64,000 nt of DNA. It comes from a virus. Where the stretch lies: the IMG/VR virus record IMGVR_UViG_3300042914_002167. One strand, given 5' to 3'. Below are positions 58,406-64,000 of this stretch, one piece after another. The translations under genes and the position numbers were made by a program. Each line of letters starts with the position of its first letter. The stretch's first letter is position 1. The notes under the pieces are model-generated. The model was not told the origin of the DNA. It saw only the letters and a list, made by a program, of their open reading frames with translations, and made no database searches.

Positions 58406-59044
58406 ATGGCATTAACAACACTAAGCGATTTCAAAAGCGCACTTAAGTATGGCGCTAGATCAAATCTGTTCAAAGTAAAAATCGGTGTACCTTCTATAAC
58501 ATTAACTACAGATAAATTAGCTACAACAGCATCTACATTGAATGGTATCATTGACACAACTACTGACGGTAACAATGTTGAACTTCTTTGCAAGGCTGCT
58601 GCTATTCCCAGCTTTACACTAGGTACAATTGAAGTTCCATTCAGAGGAAGAAGAATCAAGATTCCTGGAGATAGAAGTTTCGGTGACTGGACTGCTACTT
58701 TTATGGCAGATGATGCACATAAGATTAGACAACTATTTCTTGAGTGGACAAACTACATCAAGAATCATGATGAAACAACAGAATCATTGGGTTCTTCTGC
58801 TGGCGATTACTACTCAACTGTTGACATCCATCACTTGAAATCAGACTCCACAGTGTCTAGATACTACAAGTTGTATGAAGTGTTTCCTACAGAAGTTGGA
58901 GCAATTGATCTGTCTTATGACAGCACAGATACACTTGAAGAATTTACAGTGACATTCCAATATCACTATTTGGATTCAAGTTCGTCTCCAATCGTTCCAT
59001 CATCCACTCAAGATGAAGCTGGTGGTACAGACGTTCTATCTTGA
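58406..59044 (+). CDS. gp19: tail tube protein gp19 (copy 2)
   Basis: GARSNLF.V, CKAA.IP..T.G.IEVPFRGR..K.PGDR.F..W and FP..V..I.LSYD..D..EEFTV.F.Y. Confidence 0.9.
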   Translation: MALTTLSDFKSALKYGARSNLFKVKIGVPSITLTTDKLATTASTLNGIIDTTTDGNNVELLCKAAAIPSFTLGTIEVPFRGRRIKIPGDRSFGDWTATFMADDAHKIRQLFLEWTNYIKNHDETTESLGSSAGDYYSTVDIHHLKSDSTVSRYYKLYEVFPTEVGAIDLSYDSTDTLEEFTVTFQYHYLDSSSSPIVPSSTQDEAGGTDVLS

Positions 59045-59092
59045 GTCATAAATTGAGTGATAAATAGAGTTACGTATAGTTCGTAAACAAAG

Positions 59093-59117
59093 AAGGGGCT
59101 AGCGATAGCCCCTTTTT
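59093..59117 (+). terminator. intrinsic terminator
   Basis: AAGGGGCTA-GCGA-TAGCCCC-T5. Confidence 0.8.
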
Positions 59118-59139
59118 ACATTTTGATAGAGAGACAACA

Positions 59140-60765
59140 ATGGCACTAAAACTATTTGGATTCAAGATAGGTAAAGATGAAGCGGAAAAAGATTTAGTAA
59201 AGTCTTTTGTGCCACCTTCTGATGAAGATGGCGCAGTATCAGTTACCGCTGGTGGAATTTATGGCACATATGTTGACTTAGAAGGTCAAATTAGAAATGA
59301 TGCTGATCTAGTCAGTAAGTATCGCGAGATGTCTACTCAGCCAGAATGCGACACTGCAATTGACGATATTGTCAATGAAGCTATTGTGTATAAAGAGGAC
59401 GACTATCCTGTTGAAATTCTACTAGACGGCTTGAAACAACCAGATTCCATCAAGAAAAAAATAAGTGATGAGTTCAATCACATCATGAAACTTCTTGACT
59501 TTGGAAATCAAGGTTATGACATCTTCAGAAAATGGTATGTTGATGGTAGACTTTACTATCACATGATCATAGATGAGAAGAATCCTAGAGCGGGTCTAAA
59601 AGAAGTTCGCTATGTAGATCCAAGAAAAATACGAAAAGTTAAAGAACTGACACGCAAGAGAGATCCGGCTGGTGTTGTTGCTATACACACAAAACCTCAA
59701 GAGTATTTCATCTACTCTGAAAAAGGTTTTGCAAAAGATGGCTCTCAGGGGCTCAAGATTGCATTTGACTCAATATGCTATGTCCACTCTGGCATATTTG
59801 ACAAAGACGGCAAAGTTGTCCTCTCAAATCTTCACAAAGCAATCAAACCACTCAATCAATTGCGCATGCTAGAAGATGCAACCGTCATCTATCGCATCTC
59901 GCGCGCACCTGAACGAAGAATCTTCTATATTGATGTTGGTAACTTACCAAAAATCAAAGCAGAGCAGTATCTTCGCGAGATCATGCAGAAATACAAGAAT
60001 AAACTTGTTTATGATGCACAGACTGGTGAGATTCGTGATGACAGAAGATTCCAAACAATGCTTGAAGACTTCTGGTTGCCAAGACGAGAAGGTGGTAAAG
60101 GCACAGAGATCACCACACTTCCTGCTGGGCAAAATCTAGGTGAGATTGAAGATGTCTTGTATTTCCAAAAGAAACTCTACAAGTCTATGAATGTTCCTAT
60201 TTCTAGACTAGAGGCGGACAATGGATTTTCACTGGGGCGTACATCTGAAATCACTCGCGATGAGATCAAATTCAACAAGTTTGTTGTTAGACTCCGTTTG
60301 AGATTTTCTCATATGTTTGACAAAATGCTTGAGACACAACTCTTACTGAAAGGTGTCTGCACAAGAAAAGAGTGGCAGCAGATGCGCGAGGAGATTAATT
60401 ATAAATTCAATGGCGATCAATACTTCTCAGAATTAAAAGAGTCTGAAATCATGAAAGATCGTATTGCCATTTTGACTGATATTGATCAATTCGTTGGTAA
60501 GTATTTTTCTATTGAATATGTGCGCAAGAACATTCTTCGTCAAACTGAAGAAGACATCAAAGAGATTGACGATCAAATGGAAGAAGAAGTTGCTGGAGCA
60601 GAAGAGACTACACCAACTGAAAACGATGTTCAGACACCACCAGTTCAAGATCAAACGGAATCTTTCAGCACTGACGATACAGATCAAAGAGAGTTAGCCA
60701 AATCAATGACGAGGTTCTTTGAAACTCTAACAGAAGAATCAAATGAAAACTCAAGAAAGAAATGA
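59140..60765 (+). CDS. gp20: portal protein gp20
   Basis: LFGF, YR.M...PE.D.AI.DIVNE, WYVDGR, KP.NQLRMLEDA.VIYR.SRAPERRIFYIDVGNLP and EDFWLPRREGGKGTEI.TLP. Confidence 0.97.
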   Translation: MALKLFGFKIGKDEAEKDLVKSFVPPSDEDGAVSVTAGGIYGTYVDLEGQIRNDADLVSKYREMSTQPECDTAIDDIVNEAIVYKEDDYPVEILLDGLKQPDSIKKKISDEFNHIMKLLDFGNQGYDIFRKWYVDGRLYYHMIIDEKNPRAGLKEVRYVDPRKIRKVKELTRKRDPAGVVAIHTKPQEYFIYSEKGFAKDGSQGLKIAFDSICYVHSGIFDKDGKVVLSNLHKAIKPLNQLRMLEDATVIYRISRAPERRIFYIDVGNLPKIKAEQYLREIMQKYKNKLVYDAQTGEIRDDRRFQTMLEDFWLPRREGGKGTEITTLPAGQNLGEIEDVLYFQKKLYKSMNVPISRLEADNGFSLGRTSEITRDEIKFNKFVVRLRLRFSHMFDKMLETQLLLKGVCTRKEWQQMREEINYKFNGDQYFSELKESEIMKDRIAILTDIDQFVGKYFSIEYVRKNILRQTEEDIKEIDDQMEEEVAGAEETTPTENDVQTPPVQDQTESFSTDDTDQRELAKSMTRFFETLTEESNENSRKK

Positions 60766-61582
60766 TGTCGTTGATGACGCACTTCTGATTGCAACTTCAA
60801 TTGCATATACAAAAAAAGAATGTGACGGCATCAAAAAACAATTAAGTTCTTTACAAGAAGAGTTTGATGGCAATTTTTTATTGAAGGTTGACTCTCTTCA
60901 AGATAACTTAAAAACTATCAGAGGTCCTAAAGGTGAAAAAGGCGACAGAGGAGAGCAGGGACCAATAGGTTATGTTGGAAGAATAGGTCCTAGAGGCGAT
61001 GTCGGTCCACAAGGACCAAAGGGTGAAGTAGGTCCACAAGGACCAAAAGGCGACACCGGAGCGCAAGGTCTGCCGGGGCAAGATGGCAGGGATGGCAGTG
61101 ACGGGAAAACACCCAACGTAGAACCATTTCTAGAAAAAATTAGCGACCACTACAAAAAACTTCATAGCGCACTAGTTTCTAATGTAAACAAAGTTCTTAT
61201 GTTGGTTGGAGGCGGCGGTAGTGGTGGAGGTTCTGTAAATCTACTAGATAATGATGACGTTGAATTCCAACAGTTATCTGCTACATCAAATAATTCTGTT
61301 TTGATCTTTGATGCGGTGAAGAAGAAGTTCGTCGCAAGAGACCTTGTTGCATTTATAAATAGCATACAAACAGGAGTAGAAGTGCAATACAATAAACTCA
61401 TTGATGTCAGTGGTAATTACACTTACATTGGCGAAGCATTGCCAGGAACTTCAACATCTTCCAGTAATTGGAGAGTAAAGAGAATAGAGCAGATAGGCAC
61501 AGACTATAACATACTTTGGGCAAATGGCTCTTCAGATTTTGACAAAACATGGAATGATAGAATATCATACACTTATTCTTAA
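60743..61582 (+). CDS. collagen-like repeat virion protein
   Basis: 21 consecutive Gly-X-Y triplets, GGGGSGGG linker, then YIGEA.PG..S...W.V.RI and F...W..R..Y.Y C-terminal domain. Confidence 0.8.
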   Translation: MKTQERNDVVDDALLIATSIAYTKKECDGIKKQLSSLQEEFDGNFLLKVDSLQDNLKTIRGPKGEKGDRGEQGPIGYVGRIGPRGDVGPQGPKGEVGPQGPKGDTGAQGLPGQDGRDGSDGKTPNVEPFLEKISDHYKKLHSALVSNVNKVLMLVGGGGSGGGSVNLLDNDDVEFQQLSATSNNSVLIFDAVKKKFVARDLVAFINSIQTGVEVQYNKLIDVSGNYTYIGEALPGTSTSSSNWRVKRIEQIGTDYNILWANGSSDFDKTWNDRISYTYS

Positions 61583-61603
61583 TTTCTTGTAATTACAAGA
61601 AAT

Positions 61604-61611
61604 TATAAATA
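61604..61611 (+). promoter_or_regulatory. T4-type late promoter
   Basis: TATAAATA upstream of ATG 61651. Confidence 0.7.
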
Positions 61612-61650
61612 GAAAAGTTGACACATCAACAGAAAGCAGGAGTTGTACAA

Positions 61651-62223
61651 ATGAACTTATCAAAAACACAAGACATAATCACCTCTGAAGTTGTAAGAGG
61701 CAGCAGTTACTCCGATGTAATGGAAGTATCTGGTCATTTTCATATTGAATGTTTTGACAGTGAAGGAAAATTGAAATGGGAAGATAGTTTCAATAACCTA
61801 GTCACAACACAAGGAAGAAATCACCTTTTGGATCACGGGCTTGAAGGACCTGCGACAGCGGTAAACACTCGTATGTCATACATCACATCAGGAACACCTG
61901 TTTCTGGTGACACATATGCAACCCATGCTGGTTTCACCGAATTAGGATCAAGCGTAATTGCTGCAAGAGCAACTCCATCTTTCTCAGCAGCATCTTCTGG
62001 TGTAAAGTCCACATCAGCGGCAGTTTCATCATCAATCATCGGCACAGGAACTGTGACTGGTGTTGCAATCAATCTGATTGTTGGTTCAGTTGGTAACTTG
62101 GGTGTTGTTGCAGATACAGCAACTTCAGGTGGAATTCTATACAGCGCAGGTTTGTTCGGAACATCAAAATCCGTATCTAACGGCGACACATTGAACGTGA
62201 CTTACTCTACTACATTGACATAA
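61651..62223 (+). CDS. putative virion structural protein
   Basis: G.F..EC.D..G..KW....NLVT..G and G.LYSAG.F...V..GDTLNVTY; GGAG SD before ATG 61651. Confidence 0.7.
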   Translation: MNLSKTQDIITSEVVRGSSYSDVMEVSGHFHIECFDSEGKLKWEDSFNNLVTTQGRNHLLDHGLEGPATAVNTRMSYITSGTPVSGDTYATHAGFTELGSSVIAARATPSFSAASSGVKSTSAAVSSSIIGTGTVTGVAINLIVGSVGNLGVVADTATSGGILYSAGLFGTSKSVSNGDTLNVTYSTTLT

Positions 62224-62260
62224 ATAACTATGTTCTTATTAATAATGTGGAGTATAAAAC

Positions 62261-62713
62261 ATGGCAGATAACGTAGGTTATACACCGGGTAGTGGTGCAG
62301 TTGTCGCCGCTGATGATATCAACGGCGTTTTGTATCAACGAATGAAACTTAGCGTTGGTGATGATGGTATTGCGACTGATGTTTCTTCGGTAAATCCGAT
62401 ACCAACCATAGCAAGTCGCAGCGATGACTTATTAGTAATGTTGAGCCGCATTGTCAAATTACTGGAAAGTAATGCAACGGTTGACTCTGCACAACGTCAG
62501 CGTGTAGCCGTTGACGCTGTTACCGCTGCACCGCTAAGCGTTTCGGGCACCGGCGCAGGCGGAACTGCGCTGAGAGTCGTCCTATCTAACGATAGTAATT
62601 TATCATCAGTTTCTAACTTGGTGTCAAATGCTGGTATGGATCGCGAACAGTACATCAACATTGCAAAACAGACGTACATTCAAGGCATACGTTCTGGTTT
62701 AACTTTCCAGTGA
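62261..62713 (+). CDS. putative virion-associated protein
   Basis: MADN..YTPG.GA..A.DD..GV..QR.K...G.DG...DVS..NP.P motif; GGAG SD. Confidence 0.7.
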   Translation: MADNVGYTPGSGAVVAADDINGVLYQRMKLSVGDDGIATDVSSVNPIPTIASRSDDLLVMLSRIVKLLESNATVDSAQRQRVAVDAVTAAPLSVSGTGAGGTALRVVLSNDSNLSSVSNLVSNAGMDREQYINIAKQTYIQGIRSGLTFQ

Positions 62714-62721
62714 GGTAATAA

Positions 62722-64000
62722 ATGCCTGCTTTAACAAAAAATACACTTTCGTACCAAGTCGATCTGCCTTCATGGGAGTGGACTCGCTTTGCGCCAGCTG
62801 TTTCTAGTGCATTGAGTTCTACTTGTGCGCCCGACAACATGGGTTTCTTGCAAACTGAACACGGTCGATATATCTACTACCTGATCTCTGCAACTCAATT
62901 TGTACGATACGACACTTGGACAGATATGTTCCAAGGGTTAACTGCTCCGGCTGTAGCTGGTTTTAACGTAAGCACAATGAAGTTTGTTGGAGCATATGGA
63001 CCCGAAGGTAAGACCATCGCCGCTACTTCAACTACAATCACAGTCCCAGCCATTTCTATGTCTTCTATGTTAGGCTATGATATTGTTATTGTCAGTGGTA
63101 CAGGCGCAGGACAACGCAGAAAGATTACTGCTGTTGCAGAACCCACAATCCATGACAGTGGCGTGATTACAGCATTTGCTAACGCACTTGGTGGTATTAC
63201 CATGACTGATACTCTCAAAGCTTGGGGTATCAACCAGTGGGCTGGTCACACTGTGCGTATCTCTGGCAACAGTGGTGTTGGTCAGTACCGCCGTATCTTG
63301 AGTAACACTGCAACGGTGTTGACTATTGGTGATAGTACCCAGATGAACATGCGGTTGAACAACCCTGCGATTTTCACGCCAGCAATCTCAAGCACTGCAG
63401 GATCCCAATCTGCATATGTCATTGAATCACAGGCTTTGACTGTTGATTCAGCCTGGACTGTAACTCCTGACACTACTTCAGTATTTCGCATTCAGTCTGG
63501 TCAGATTGTGTTGATGTCACCTAACGCGGCGACAGCAACTGCTCCTTTCGTATTGACACAGTTGTATGATATCCTAACCGATACTTGGTATGTTTTACCA
63601 ACAATGACCAACACCCTGTTGGCTGCTGTTACCGATTTAGCCCTAGAGCGTATGTCAGAAACCGCTTCTATTTGGGAACGAGGTACGGCAACAGGTGGTA
63701 CAACTACTACACTAATCGATAGTTCACAAGGTGTAGATCGCGCAGCTTGGAGTGTCGATCAATGGGCTGGTTACTGGGTATACATTGAATCTGGAACAGG
63801 TGTTGGTCAGATCCGCCAAGTACTGAGCAACACTTCTACCACCCTGACTTGGGCAACTTCTGGCACAGCTCCTGACGCCACTTCTCGATACTTGATATTG
63901 GGCTTTGATGCAGGTACTGCAACTGCTGCTACTTCTACAACCCTAACCGATAGCACCGAGACTTGGCCTGTAAACCGTTGGGCAAATTACGCTGTGCGTA
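62722..64000 (+). CDS. large Thr/Gly-rich virion protein, beta-propeller-like (3'-truncated by window edge)
   Basis: GAGG SD and ATG 62722 (MPALTKNTLSYQVDLPSWEWTRFAP...); frame stays open as read, with RYDTWTD and GTG.GQ.R.I..NT repeats. Absent from the ORF track because no stop falls in the window. Confidence 0.75.
   Translation, partial: MPALTKNTLSYQVDLPSWEWTRFAPAVSSALSSTCAPDNMGFLQTEHGRYIYYLISATQFVRYDTWTDMFQGLTAPAVAGFNVSTMKFVGAYGPEGKTIAATSTTITVPAISMSSMLGYDIVIVSGTGAGQRRKITAVAEPTIHDSGVITAFANALGGITMTDTLKAWGINQWAGHTVRISGNSGVGQYRRILSNTATVLTIGDSTQMNMRLNNPAIFTPAISSTAGSQSAYVIESQALTVDSAWTVTPDTTSVFRIQSGQIVLMSPNAATATAPFVLTQLYDILTDTWYVLPTMTNTLLAAVTDLALERMSETASIWERGTATGGTTTTLIDSSQGVDRAAWSVDQWAGYWVYIESGTGVGQIRQVLSNTSTTLTWATSGTAPDATSRYLILGFDAGTATAATSTTLTDSTETWPVNRWANYAVR

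Noticed and set aside
54177-60765. Introns, inteins or homing endonucleases in terminase, sheath or portal genes
   Set aside because: The ORFs are continuous and of ordinary length, with no splicing or endonuclease motifs.

Overview
This is a 64-kb segment of a large T4-like myophage genome (AT-rich, with host-type sigma70 early promoters and TATAAATA late promoters). Most of it is the virion morphogenesis region: gp13-20, gp2, gp4, gp5, gp6, gp7-like, gp8, gp25, gp26, gp48, gp51, gp53, a VrlC-like protein and a tape-measure-like protein. It also carries gp32/gp59/gp33, phoH, two free peptidoglycan hydrolases and a holin. Three things stand out. (1) An unannotated, circularly permuted (two-piece) tmRNA gene at ~3530-3860, with a G3.U70 alanine acceptor stem, encoded CCA and tag ANDAYFGDLRLAA. 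(2) A 1360-aa fibre-like protein with ~141 Cys (~10%) directly followed by a GT9-like glycosyltransferase whose catalytic Asp appears to be Arg, a NodU/TobZ-type carbamoyltransferase, a GroES-like gene and convergent ADP-heptose pathway genes (hldD, atypical gmhB). I infer this may be a virion protein (cysteine) modification system. (3) A second sugar-modification cluster: gmd, C-methyltransferase, two glycosyltransferases and an FkbM-like methyltransferase. All functional calls come from motif recognition by eye; no searches were run.
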